From Mobula hypostoma (lineage: Eukaryota): a stretch of DNA of 64,000 bases. The stretch lies in the NCBI RefSeq assembly GCF_963921235.1, contig NC_086097.1:89902001-89966000 (forward strand). The letters are read 5' to 3'. The notes under the pieces were generated by a model. The model saw only the letters and a list, made by a program, of their open reading frames with translations. It had not been told where the DNA came from and did not search any database. A program made the translations under genes and the position numbers. Below are positions 25,511 through 37,352 of this stretch, piece after piece (position 1 is the stretch's first letter; the number at the start of each line of letters is the position of its first letter).

Positions 25511-26814
25511 CTTTAGCCAGAAGCACAGGTGACGGCAACCAGAAGCACAACGTTAGCTCTATCATCATTCATGGTAACCAAGGTGAAGCTCCTCTCTGTT
25601 CTCCCCTCACTCTTCCTCCCAAGCCCCTTCTCTCCAACCTTCCCGCACACAGCTTTAACTCTGAAACCCTCCTCGCTCTCCTGTCTCCTTCTGTTTTTGC
25701 AATGACCTGCATTAGGAACATCTGGATTGCAGACCCCGGCCCCCCTCACCCCCAGGTGAGTGGTGAGGGGTGGGTTAAGGAGCCAAAGGGTTAAAGGACG
25801 CTGTTGCCTTTGTGTGGTCTCTGGAGAGGCGGCTCCTTTTGAGCGTGCCTGAGGCGGGAATACGCTGAGGTAAACACTGGCAGAGCTATTTACCAGCTCC
25901 GAGATGTGAGGAAGGAGGGGCCACATATCCCGAGCCCTCCAGCGTTTATCTCTCCTGCGTTCAGTGGCCTCACTTACAGACTGAAAGGAAAGCAGGCTGA
26001 CCCTGAGACTTTGTGGCAACTCATGCCGACAGTGCAGGCGATGACTCACTAACCAAATATAGCGCAAAACATCAACACAGACATTACATGCAGCCAGGAG
26101 CAGTCACCACAGGGCTAATCTGTTGTATGCACCACTGACAAAGGCACCATTGTGTAAGAGTGCTCATCTTGGCCCGTGCTGATAAGAATTTGTTGATTAA
26201 GCAATGGAGGTTGGAGCACTTCAGGAACCCTTTGCTCAGCCATCCCATGAATCATGGGTGTTCAAAGAATTGGGTTTTTGCTTTCTTTCAAAAATCCATT
26301 CAGATTCATCTAAGTTCACACCAGCAATGCCCTGATGGTGGAGTTAGCTCACTGCCTGTTCCTCCATAACTCACCCTGCCTCATTGTGGGCAGGATGGTG
26401 TGTCTGCTGCATATAGTGGGACTAGTAATTCCCGGCTCATTTCATAGTCCGAGCAATGGTTGTGCAAGAGTCCCACTTGGCTTCCAATTAAGTCCTTGGG
26501 GGCAGGAATGAGGCGAGCATTTTGTTTCCCAGCAGGTAGTGCTCTTCTTACAAACAAGAGAAAATCTGCAAATGCTGGAAATCCGAGCTATACCCACAAA
26601 ATGCTGGAGGAACTCAACAGGCCAGGCTGCATAAATGGAAAAGAGTAAACAGTCGCCATCTTGGCCCGAAATGTCAACTACATCTCTTGTTACTCTGTGT
26701 AAGAACCAAGATGGTGATCACACAGCCAAAGCTGGATGTGCTTTGAGAAAGTAGTCAGGCATGGTAACATTTTAGAGACACCTAGATAAGGAAATAGATA
26801 GGTAGGATTTAGAG

Positions 26815-26895
26815 CAGAGGTTCCCAACCTTTTTTCAATGCCATGGACCCCTACTATTACTGAGGAATCTGTGGACCCCAGGTTGGGAACCCCTG
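26815..26895. mobile_element. 81-bp hAT MITE
   Basis: TIRs CAGAGGTTCCCAACCT / AGGTTGGGAACCCCTG. TSD ATTTAGAG / GTTTAGAG (7 of 8 match). Confidence 0.85.
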
Positions 26896-27311
26896 GTTTA
26901 GAGAGATCTCGTCCAAATGCAGGCAAATGGGATTAGTTTAGGTGGTCGGCATGGATGAGCTGGGCCAAAGGGCCTGTGCTGTATTTCTCTATGAATCTGT
27001 TACTCAGACAAAGCTAGTAGTAATATTTAAAAGACGTTTGGACAGATACAGGGACAGAGAAGGATTAGAGAAATATGGGCCAAATGCAGGCAAGTGTGCC
27101 TAGCTGAATAAACATATTGGACAACATAGGGCCAGTTTTCATGCTGTATTACAACATGGCTATGACTGTTCTTGGGTCATTCTAGGGCTCTGTCTATGCG
27201 CTCTGGATCAGGAAGAGTGAACTGGGGGATTTGACAAGCAATTTATAAAGAAAGAGGGAAAAAGCTCCCACAAGGTTGTATAAACAGGAATATATCAGGC
27301 AAATATTATCC

Positions 27312-27368
27312 CTAGAAAAGGTGGATAGCTCCCTGCACTCTCCACCACTGGTATTTTATCGTTATATC
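27312..27368 (-). CDS. Weak candidate for the BMF terminal coding exon (DITIKYQWWRVQGAIHLF*)
   Basis: ctacAG acceptor followed in phase 0 by a short ORF containing WWR, as in BMF C-termini. The polypyrimidine tract is weak and the tail is short, so the true exon may lie outside the window. Confidence 0.2.
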   Translation of the reverse strand, partial: DITIKYQWWRVQGAIHLF

Positions 27369-27879
27369 CTGTAGTAATCGAGATGGTACAGGTCAAATGA
27401 GGTAGATATTTTTAAATCCTTTTTCAATTCCCATTATACTATGATAGTTCCTTGTGGTCAGTAAAACGGACATTGATTGCAACACTGGGAGAGCAAGCGA
27501 AAATTTGCAATCAGTTCCTGGCATTAACACTTAAGACTCACTTTGAGAATCTGCAAAGGGTCTTGATGGTTTGCCAAAACTAAAACTAAACTGCCAATTT
27601 ATGTCCTTGACTCACTCGTGGTTTTATTCTTCCATCAGTCACTGGGTCCCTTGCATTCCTGCTCTGAACACAACAGATGATTCTACAATTCTTTTCCACG
27701 TGCACTTCTCCACTCCAACTCTGGCCTTTTGTTCACTTTTGATTTCTTTATTTCCACACAATGACAGTTTTAGTTCCGGAATTCCCTCAATTAAGTGCCC
27801 CATCTCACTAATTTTCTCTCCTCTTCTTATTTATGCCCCACTATCTCTTCATGTGGCAGAGTGTGAAACATTGTCAATA

Positions 27880-28670
27880 CTAACAGTGTGAATCACAAAG
27901 AGGGTGGTGATAGACTGCAGCTGGTAAACAGGCTGGTGGGATGGGCAAAAGGGTGGCAGATGAAGTTTAATGTGTAGAAATGTAGGCTGGGAGAAAGTGA
28001 AAGAACAGTACTGAATAAAGGAGCATTATTCAACAAGGAATTCAGAAGCAGAGGTGCACGTCACTGTAAGTGGCAAGGCAGGTTGAGAAAGCAGTTAATA
28101 AGACAGGAAAAACTCAATCTTTAGAGGCACAGAGTGTAAATGAGGGGGAATCATGACAAATCTTCACAAAACACTAGTTTGGCCATAAGTGGAACACTGT
28201 GTTCAATTCTGGTCACTTCCTTCTAGGGAGGATGTGAAGGTTTTAGATGTCTACCAGAGGAGATTTGCAGGAACGGTTCCTGGCACGAGGTGCTAAAGTC
28301 ACAAAGGTTCAGACCATTTATTTTTGGAGAGGAGATGGCTGAGGGGAGATCCAGTAGAAAGGTCTGGACAGAGCAGAAAGTAGGAGGCTTGTTCCATCGA
28401 TGAAGAGGGCAAATACTAGACAGAGATGAAGTGAAGAGAATTAAGGTTGAAAAATCTTACTAGAGATCTGGATTGCACTGTGCAGATATTGCACAGGCAG
28501 GTCCATTTTGGCCTTCAAGAAAAGTTGCATAAATATATGACAGAGAAAAATTTACAAGGGTGCAGAGAAGGAATTAGTGGGTGGAACTATTGATCTGCTC
28601 TTGTAGAGAGCTGGCATACACAGGATAGACTGAATGGCTTCTTTCTGTGCTAAAACCATTCTATGAGTCT
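27880..28670 (+). mobile_element. Old CR1 RT 3' fragment
   Basis: Remnant EHCVQFWS motif and CR1-like 3' tail. Confidence 0.65.
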
Positions 28671-28779
28671 GTGAAGATCCACCTGTTAAGTCACACTTGT
28701 AAATGCGAGTCACTGCTTTTTCTTCATTGGGGACATTACATGGGCTAGTTTTCTGATAATAACAGCTAGCCTACTGTAC

Positions 28780-29090
28780 CCAAAAGACAGCTGAAAAGCA
28801 TTCCAGAACAAGTTCCTACAACCAGCTGCGTAATTGTGGCCTGTTTTAATTAATGTTGGCCACTAGATAAATATTGGCCAGCATACTGGGAACATTTCCT
28901 CCAGCCCACTTTCAAAATCGTGACATGGGATCTTTTACATCCACTTGAAAGGGGAAATGGGTCCACAGTATAACATCACATAATTAGGACACAGCCTCCA
29001 ATACTGAATGATTATGGGCTCATGTTTCTGAAGAGTAATTTAAAACCACAACCTTTTTTTAATTAGAAGCAAGAATTTGCTATCACAAGA
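28780..29090 (-). mobile_element. Deu-domain SINE remnant
   Basis: ataaatattggccag...catgggatcttttacatccac matches my recollection of the antisense Deu domain. Confidence 0.5.
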
Positions 29091-31715
29091 AGTTTTATTT
29101 TGACATTTATGTTGTAAAAATCATGAAGAAACCACAAACCATGGGTTTTATCATTCCTGTAATAGGTAATAAAGGTCAGAATTTTTTAAAAAAAAGGTCT
29201 CTCTGGAGCCTCTATTTACATGCTAAGAGCAGAGAGAACTGCAGCCTTTTTCTTTGCACGCAAGCTGTGCTTGACTGGCACACAGCCCGCTGTCCTGGCA
29301 TGAGGCTGGGTCTATTTATACTATCTGCTAATGCTGGAACAGAGTGCATGGATGGTCCCTGTGATCCCGACAGCACAGGGAGATTACACGTGTGCACCGC
29401 CAACAAGATCACTCTTCGGCAGGCCAGCCTCCAGGACTTAACTGCACCCCAGCGAGATCGGAAACAGCTTGAAATGTCTGAGTCTTGACCAGAGACCATA
29501 CTCATTCCGGCAAAGAGTCGCAGAGAGTGCATATTTGGAACCATCTTTTAATTCAGAACAGTTAAGATTATGCGGTATGTAGCTGTTTGAAGAAAGCATC
29601 AAAGCCTTCCATTTTAATTCAAGTAAATAGTCCCCTAATGGAGTTAAATAGATTAAACAGAAACAGACAATTCCCACCCCCCCAACCCCAACTAGTCCAC
29701 ATGAGCCTCCCTTGCTCTACCTCATCTGACCTGTAAATAAGTCTTTCTATTCCTTTCCCCTCTTGCATATTTAGCTTCTATGCATAAATACAACTATCCA
29801 ATCATTGCAAATAATAGTCATTTCCACAATCTAAAGGTGTTTTTCCAGAAGCTATGTTGGATTTTTTTGGGTTTTTTGTAATTATCTTAAATTTGTGAAC
29901 CCTGCTGTCCCATTACCAGCATGGAAACATTTTCTCCATCTCTTCTTTATTAAGACCATTTTTAAAGAGCTAATTCATGGCTCCTTATCCCAGAAAAAAA
30001 AACCTAGATGGGCTTTCTACATAACGCTAAGAAATTTTTTTCAAAATGTATTTTTCTTTTAGAATCTTTTAATTTTGTAATGATCATAAACACACACAGT
30101 ACTCCTGACTGTAGCCCAACCAAGGTCTAGTAGATTTAATATAACTTCCCTGTGTTCAATTCTAATTCCATGGAGATGAACTCAGTGTTCTGCTGATATT
30201 TGTTCTGGCCTTGCTAATTTTAATGATTTGTAAATGTATATCCCTTGATCCCTTTGCTTTCCACCCATTTCATTTTCCAAACAGCATGGGGCTCCTTATT
30301 CCCCATTTCAAAATGCACTCTCTCCCACTGATACATACTGGAATTCACTTAACTGCCGGTCTGCAAAGTATTAATGTTGTTTTGTTTTTCACTCTAGATT
30401 TTACTGAGTATTAACTCAATTTGGGTTCACTCACCAACTTTGAAATTGTATTTCTGAATCCTAAATGTTATCTTGTATGGTGAACAGCAGCGGTCCCAGT
30501 GCCAGTAGTTGAGAAGCATCATATCCCACCTTTTGCCAAGGATAACCCCTTTCCATATAAGCACTGAATGCTCCCTGTGTGCAAAGCTGTTGTAAAACGC
30601 AGGCGAGAAGCTGGTACAAATGCCCATGACACGGCTCTGCATAGGTGTTAAGAATGTATTGGTTTCAGGCAACAAACACTTGTATGTCAGGGTCAAGAGA
30701 AAGGAAGAAGGACAGAAGGAAAGAAAGTAAGAAGGGAGGGATGGAGGAAGGGAGGATGTTGATCCAGTTTCATCAGCTTTTGCTTGTTGATAGCCGACTG
30801 ATCTAAATACAGATCCCTAATTCCATCACTCAGCAGCTTCCTGCCTGCTGGGTTTGTCTATCTGTAGTGATTTAATAAAGTTCTCTCACATTGAGTCAAT
30901 AACCCCTCTCCCAGGTCCCAGTGTTATTCACTGAACCTCCGTCGAAATGACTGTGGCTCCCTCACACAGTCACTCTGTAAAACTAATGGCAGCAACCTGG
31001 GCTGCTGGCTACCTTTTAAAAATCATTTTCAGGATCTGGACGTCACCGACAAGGCTTGGATAAGTTATCCATCCTTACCTGCCCTGAAGATGGTGGCGAG
31101 CTGCTTTCTGCCTTCTTGAAACTTCCCACACTATCACTCAGCAGACCCCACTACCCCAGTACCCTGTGTCCCCCAGTGTATTACCAATGGCAGTAGTCCA
31201 GTTCCCTCACAAGGTCCCTCAGTAACCCCCCCCCTCCCACAGCAGCATGTGTTACTGACCATCTCTCTTTTGTGTCCATCAACTCTCTCACATTGTCACT
31301 CGGTAACACCACTTTTCCCCAGCACCGTGTCACTAGCTCTATCTCCACTGATGTTAATCCAGCTTCTTCACACTGTCACTCAGTAAAACTCTCTTCTCCA
31401 GCATCCTGTATTGACGACTGCATCTCCACTGATACCGATTCAGATTTGTGCTGCAGTTTTCTTCAGTCACATGGTATCTTGTTGCTGTAGGAACCTGAGG
31501 TAAATGATCTCCTCAGTTGGGTCCCAGTACGTTGACACCAATGCAAAAGCAATGCACCTCAAGGGCACATTTGAACAAATGTCTCAGTGACGAAGATACC
31601 TGGGAGGCAGAGTTAGCCTCTGCACAATTGCAACCATCGTTTGTCAATCATGGATGGGTTTTATTCCAACTCCACACCCTGACCCACACACGTTTTAGTT
31701 TACTTTGCAACCTAC

Positions 31716-31900
31716 CCTTTCCACGTACGAGCTGTGGAACTGATCCCCGATCTGCCGTAGTTTCTGCCCGATCCGGACTTCCACTCTGTCCACCGGTAGC
31801 AAATCCAGCGGGATGTCATCCGCCTGATCGCCGAGGGATGCTCTGCTGGCCCGCGGCACTTCAAAAACTTCCGAAAATTGCAACCGGTGCCCTGCATTAC
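31716..31900 (-). CDS. BMF: BMF-like second coding exon containing the BH3 domain
   Basis: Acceptor cttccctcctAG, then GT AAT GCA completes the split Gly codon from the upstream exon. Reads GNAGHRLQF...VEVRIGQKLRQIGDQFHSSYVER (BH3 LxxIGDxF). Donor AGG|GTAGGT is phase 0. Confidence 0.93.
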
Positions 31901-33036
31901 CTAGGAGGGAAGTCAAGCAAACCATCAGCCCAGCGCAGATACAGTTCCTCTGCCCACTCACCTCCACCAGCTCCCTTCTCAATAAACTGTGCAGGGAAAA
32001 TAAACTTGCTGCTTTTTCTGAGGGTTCATTAGAAGCACAGACACAGTATAAAACTGTGATCACTACATGATAAAACTGGTCAATTCTGTTCGTGGACATA
32101 ACTTAAAGGATGGACCTGCAACTAGTTCAACACTTGTGACTGCATTTGTGATGAGAAAAGGCTACGTATATCAAATTGGAATTTCCCCCTCCATTAAAAA
32201 TATTATTCTCTCATTCCTCTTATTATTCTGTCTTCACACAAACACAGAAATACCCACAGATACAAGTAAAAATATGCATGCATTGACATATGACTATCCG
32301 CAAATAGTTCAAAATAAAATTTCAAAACCGTTGAAATGGAGGAAAAGCAAACATGAATTTGATGATTATTATACACTTTATAGAGATTTTGAACACAGGT
32401 GTTTGGGTAAATATTTCACTCTGCCAACGGACACAAGACCCTAAGAAAACCAGAGCTGGAATAGGCCACTCGCCTCCTCGAGCCTGCCCCGAAATTCAGT
32501 CTGACCATAGCTGGCTCCTGTTAGGGATAGTGTAGCTAATGGACAGAAAATTTATTCCAAGCTCATTGTGCTTCTGACAATCAGTGAAGAAGTAAAGCGT
32601 GGATGTTAGATATTTCTTCCCCCAAACCAGCTCCCCACATTCCATACAGACTCACAGGAGTCTGGAACACAATTGCCAGCTGTGAAAGTGGTGCTGACCT
32701 CCTGCACGTTTTCACAGTTCTTGTTTGGAGCTTTAATTAATACAACTCCATTAATCCGGCATTTGACTATCTGGAAATGCTGATGGTTCAGAAGCTGGTT
32801 CACTCATTGGACTGAAATGTGAGCCAGACATCCAGGGTACAGGAAGGATGTGTGGACGGGTTTGGCGATCGCGGGTGCAGCCAGATCTGGGGTCCTGACT
32901 GTGGGTCGGAGCACAGCAGGAGCCAGGGCTGGGGTTGGGAACACTTTTTTTTTAACTACAAAAATACATTTATTTCAAGCTCTGCCACACGACAAAAGTA
33001 CAACAAAAACGCTGGAAACAGCAGTAACTACAACCT

Positions 33037-33600
33037 TCTCATCCTCGCTTAGGGTGCAATTTATCCCCTGCACTGCCCAAGGGTCCTGGAGCACCTCCAC
33101 GATGCTCGCTGTGTTCTTTCACCAGCGACGCCTGGGCACAAACATACCCCCGGAAAATTGCTGAACAGTTAGCCCAAGCAGAACCCTCAACTGCCTGCAA
33201 AGGAGGTGTAAGGCGCTCCTCCCCTCCGCTAGCCTGCAAGTCTCCTTTGGGCAAGGTGGATGATCTACTTGGCCCCTGCCCCCCACGATCAGGGTCACAT
33301 GACAGCGTGGGAGCAGGTGATGGATGGCCTTATAAGCAACTGGTGCATATCACATCCCGGTTATGAGACCAGGCAGACAATCTCCGAAGAGTATTGATAA
33401 TGTCTGGGGTCACTCATCTTGTAAAGGCACTGCCCAGAAAAAGGCAATGGCAGACCACTTCTGCAGAAAATATTGCCAAGAACAATCATGGTCACGGAGA
33501 GCAAAAAGATTAAGAACAACAGATGGAAAGAGAGATTAAAGACAGATGAAAGATCATGATCACCCACATAATACTTCGCGGGACACAATGATGGTGATGA
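33037..33600 (+). mobile_element. SINE-like repeat with RTE/BovB-type 3' end
   Basis: aaggcaatggcagaccactt motif and (TGA)n-like tail. Confidence 0.4.
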
Positions 33601-33929
33601 TGAACCCCAGGAGCAAATTTAATACAACATCCTCCTCCCACCCCTGCCCTCCATACTGGATGACCAAATAGCAATAGGGTGGGGCTAAAATGCAACCAGA
33701 AGGCCGAGGTGTAGCCCCCTCTGATATGCAAATAGGGACTGTATCCTCACACTCAAACACACAATGTACTTGTGGCACACGGTTGGCTGGGAGATCCATG
33801 TGCAGGCTTATAAACTAACAGCAAGGCACAACTCAATGAAGGTTGGGAACACCATGGGTACAGATCATGGGAAGGTTTGAGATTGAAGCCACGGTCTGGA
33901 ATAAGACCATAAGATAAATAGGTACCTTA

Positions 33930-34590
33930 GTGATCCCCGAAGGAGATTACAGTGTCACAATAGCATTACAAGTGCACAGATATACAAATATTAGAAGAGA
34001 AGAAAGAAAGAATGAAAAAATAAGTTACCTGAAACAGTCTAACGGGGGGGGGGGGGGGGTCATCACTTCCCTGGCTATAGGTTGGCTCATTATAGAGCCT
34101 AATGGCTGAGGGTGAGAATGACCTCATATAGCACTCTTTGGAGCAGCACAGTTGTCTTAGTCTATTACTGAAAGTGCTCCTCTGTTCAGCCAAGGTGGCA
34201 TGCAGAAGTTGAGATACATTCTCCAGAATTGCCAAGATTTTCCAGAGGGTCCTTTGTTCTATCACAGCCTTCAGTGTGTCCAGTTTGTCTCCTATAACAG
34301 CCTTTCTAATCTGCTTATTGAGCCCGTTGGCATCACCCGTATTGATGCCATTGACCCAGCACACCACTGCATAGAAGATTGTACTGGCAACAACAGACTG
34401 GTAGAACTTGTGAAGGAGAGGCCTGCACACTCCAAAGGACCTCAGTGACTCTGGTCTTTCCTGTATACAGCCTCAATGTTGGTGCTCCATTCAAGTCTGT
34501 CATCCAGGTTTATTCACCCTCCCGTCCTCCCTTTATGCACCCAACTATTGCTGAGTCATCAGAGAATTTCTGCAGATGACATGACTCAGT
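33930..34590 (-). mobile_element. Rex1/Babar-type LINE 3' fragment
   Basis: FYQSVVASTIFYAVVCW...RSFSPSAIRLYN. Confidence 0.75.
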
Positions 34591-34974
34591 GTTGTATCTC
34601 AATATATATGGAATGACTGTATATTTCTCTCTCCCTTTAAGCTCATCAGGTTAACTGGAAAGAAATATTATACTGCTGTTAAGATGTAAAAAATGAAATA
34701 AAGAATGTGTTTTTGCGTTGGCAAGGGTTACATACTATGTTCCAGATGTCCACTGGTCCAGCAAAACAAAACTCTGGAGAGTGCTGTGTTATCACAATTT
34801 TATTACAAAGAAATAAAGCTTTGAGTGATGATCCAGGCTTATTTTCTTTTTACTCTCTTTGCCTGTTCCAAAACATTGCTGACTTCCAGTGCGAGGTGAG
34901 GATGGAGGATGGAGTGAACAGTACTAGGCAGTGGTGGAAACATTTGGTTAAGATGCTCGTCCCTCTATTCTAGG

Positions 34975-35380
34975 ATGACTTGATGGGTTATACTCCATCT
35001 GGGTACCCTCCAACCTGATGTCATGAATATCAAATTCTCCTTCCGAATGACAAATTTCCACCCCCCCCACTTTATTCCCCACTCTGACCTTTCACTTCTT
35101 CTCACCTGCCTATTACTTCCACCTGGGTCCCCTCCCCCTCCTACTGTCCACTCTCCTCTCCTATCGGATTCTTTCTTCTCCACCCACGGTGGCTTCACCT
35201 ATCACCTTCCAGCTAGCCTCCTTCCCTTCCCCTCAATCTTTTTATTCAGGCATCCTCCCCCTTCCTTTTCAATCATGATGAAGGGCCTCGGCTCGAAACA
35301 TCGACTGTTTACTCTTTTCCATAGATCCTGCCTGGCCTACAGAGTTCCTCCAGCATTTTGTGTATGTTGCCTTGGCTTTT
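34975..35380 (+). mobile_element. Penelope 3' end and terminal repeat
   Basis: LGTLQPDVMNIKFS tail, then a pyrimidine-rich repeat with a degenerate hammerhead (atgatgaagggcctcggctcgaaacatcgact). Confidence 0.75.
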
Positions 35381-35524
35381 CTTCACCTCTCCTTGAATTT
35401 TGAAAAGTTTACAGACAGCGTGGAACCATATTTAAAATCTTTGTCCTCACAAGTGGGGAATCCAGCAATTCTGATACCAGATGTATACTTCTGTTACATG
35501 TAAATGATTATAAAACAGATCTCT

Positions 35525-35538
35525 TACACGCACGCACG

Positions 35539-35590
<52 letters not shown>
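35525..35590. repeat. Compound (CACG)/(CG)/(CA)n microsatellite
   Basis: Uninterrupted alternating purine-pyrimidine run. Confidence 0.95.
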
Positions 35591-35592
<2 letters not shown>

Positions 35593-35657
35593 CTGATTAC
35601 AATGTCATCCCTGACTTTGGGAGCTTTACAGGGAATTATACTCTGGTGATGAGAGGC

Positions 35658-35873
35658 CTCTGGCTAAGGAAGGGCCGAGCTCGAAGAAGCAGCCGCGGCT
35701 GGAGGCCAACACGGCCTCGGGCTCGAGTTTGGTGGGGGCGGCGATGGGCGGTGCCATGGCGGCCAGCGAGAACAAACTGGAGGAGAGGCTGTACTCGGTG
35801 CTGTCGCAAGATCGAAGAAGATGGAGGTGCATAGCTGCCAGCCCCGGATTCGGGACGGCACCCACTGACTGAC
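35658..35873 (+). pseudogene. Chimeric retro-insertion: ZFTRAF1/CYHR1-like exon-1 fragment fused to an RTE-like 3' end
   Basis: Reads PSSKKQPRLE...ENKLEERLYSVL, then (S)QDRRRWR and an ACTG-repeat tail. Flanked by TGATGAGAGGC at 35647-35657 and 35874-35884. Confidence 0.7.
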
Positions 35874-36156
35874 TGATGAGAGGCTGGTGTAAGAAAAACA
35901 TACAGCAGCCATTCCACAGATAGCAAGCTCCCACACAACCAGCAAACATACAAATGGACAGATAATTCATGTTGAGATGTCAAATCAAGGAGAAGGCAGA
36001 ATAATAGGGAATCACCTCTGAGGTGTTGTTCCTACATTCAACCAAGGAGCCAGTGGTTTAACTTCCCATTTGAGAGAGAGTGCCTCCAATCTTATAGACT
36101 GCACTGTTGTCTAGACCAGGCTGCTGACAGAGTTTCCGCAGGGATATTGTTACATT

Positions 36157-36465
36157 CAGTGCCCATAAGAAGTATTCAACCGCCCCCCAGAAGTTTCCAT
36201 GTTTTAATGTTTTACAACATTGAATCAGAGTGGATTTAATTTGGCCTTTTTTGCCATTGATCAACAGAAAAAGACTCTTTTGTGTCAAAATAAAAATACT
36301 TTGTAGAGCTCTGTTTTCACTTTGAGTCTTTTTCTGTTGATCAGTGTAAAAAAATAGCCAAATTAAGTCCACTCTGATTCAATGTTGTAAAACAACAAAA
36401 CGTGAAAACTTCCAAGGGTGGTGGGGGTGGGGGAGAAGGTGGTGAATGCTTTTTTATAGGCACTG
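36157..36465. mobile_element. Tc1-derived palindromic MITE
   Basis: Two head-to-head TIRs of the 51041-52613 family. Further TIR fragments lie at about 36938-37095, 55230-55301 and 63716-63800. Confidence 0.85.
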
Positions 36466-37352
36466 TAACGAGGATGCCTAAGATTTTTGCATAGTGCCGT
36501 TTTTGTCAACGTGGAGCGGAGAGCAAGTTTGTAAGTCTGGTGGGAGCAAAGGATGTTGGGAATGGTGAGGGTGGGGCACCATGGAAGGGGTGTGGGAAAG
36601 ATGGTAGAGAAACAGTGCTGGGGCAGGGGGTGGCATGGACGCAGACACACCCAGGCCTGAGACACCAGACAAGGTCATTTAATTCCAAAGATTTACTGAT
36701 CATTACAGAATGTTTCTCAGGTGCTTTCCCACCCTCCCCCTTTTCCTCAACCATGATTCCCCTCTCCCTGCCCCCTTCCCACTCTCAGTCCACAATAGAG
36801 ACCCAGATCAGAATCAGGTTTATCATCACTCACATATGTCATGAAATTTGTTTTTTTTTGTGGCAGCAGGACAGTGCAAAATATAAAATTACTACAGTAT
36901 TGTGCAAAAGTCTAGGCACCCTAGCTACAGCATGTATAGTGCTTATAAAAAATATTCACCCTATTTGGAAGTTTTTTCAAGTGATCAGTGTCAAAAGAGT
37001 CAAATTAAACCCACTGTGATTCAATGTTGTAAAACAATAAAACATGAAAACTTTCAGAGCTGGGCCGAGGTGGGGGTAGGGGAAATAATTTTTATATGTG
37101 CCTAAGACTTTTGCACAGCAATGTATTTTGACTCAGGAAGGGAGAATTCCCACCACTGAGTCATGGCTGATGGAGAGTCAGTTTGTTTTTGAGAAAAGAA
37201 GCTCTTGGCTCTGAAAGGAAATTCAGATCTTATATTTTTTTACATGTTCACTTCCCTTACTAAGTCTGTTTTACAAGTAATACAAGTTTGTCCAGATGGC
37301 AAAAGCAGCCAGGAATGAGGATGAGAAATGCACTCAGAATGCCAACCTGAAC

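Noticed and set aside
25513..26067. 184-aa minus-strand ORF with a good acceptor at 25981, considered as BMF exon 3
   Set aside because: The phase-0 translation (SVSEATERRRDKRW...) shows no BMF C-terminal character and no recognisable domain.
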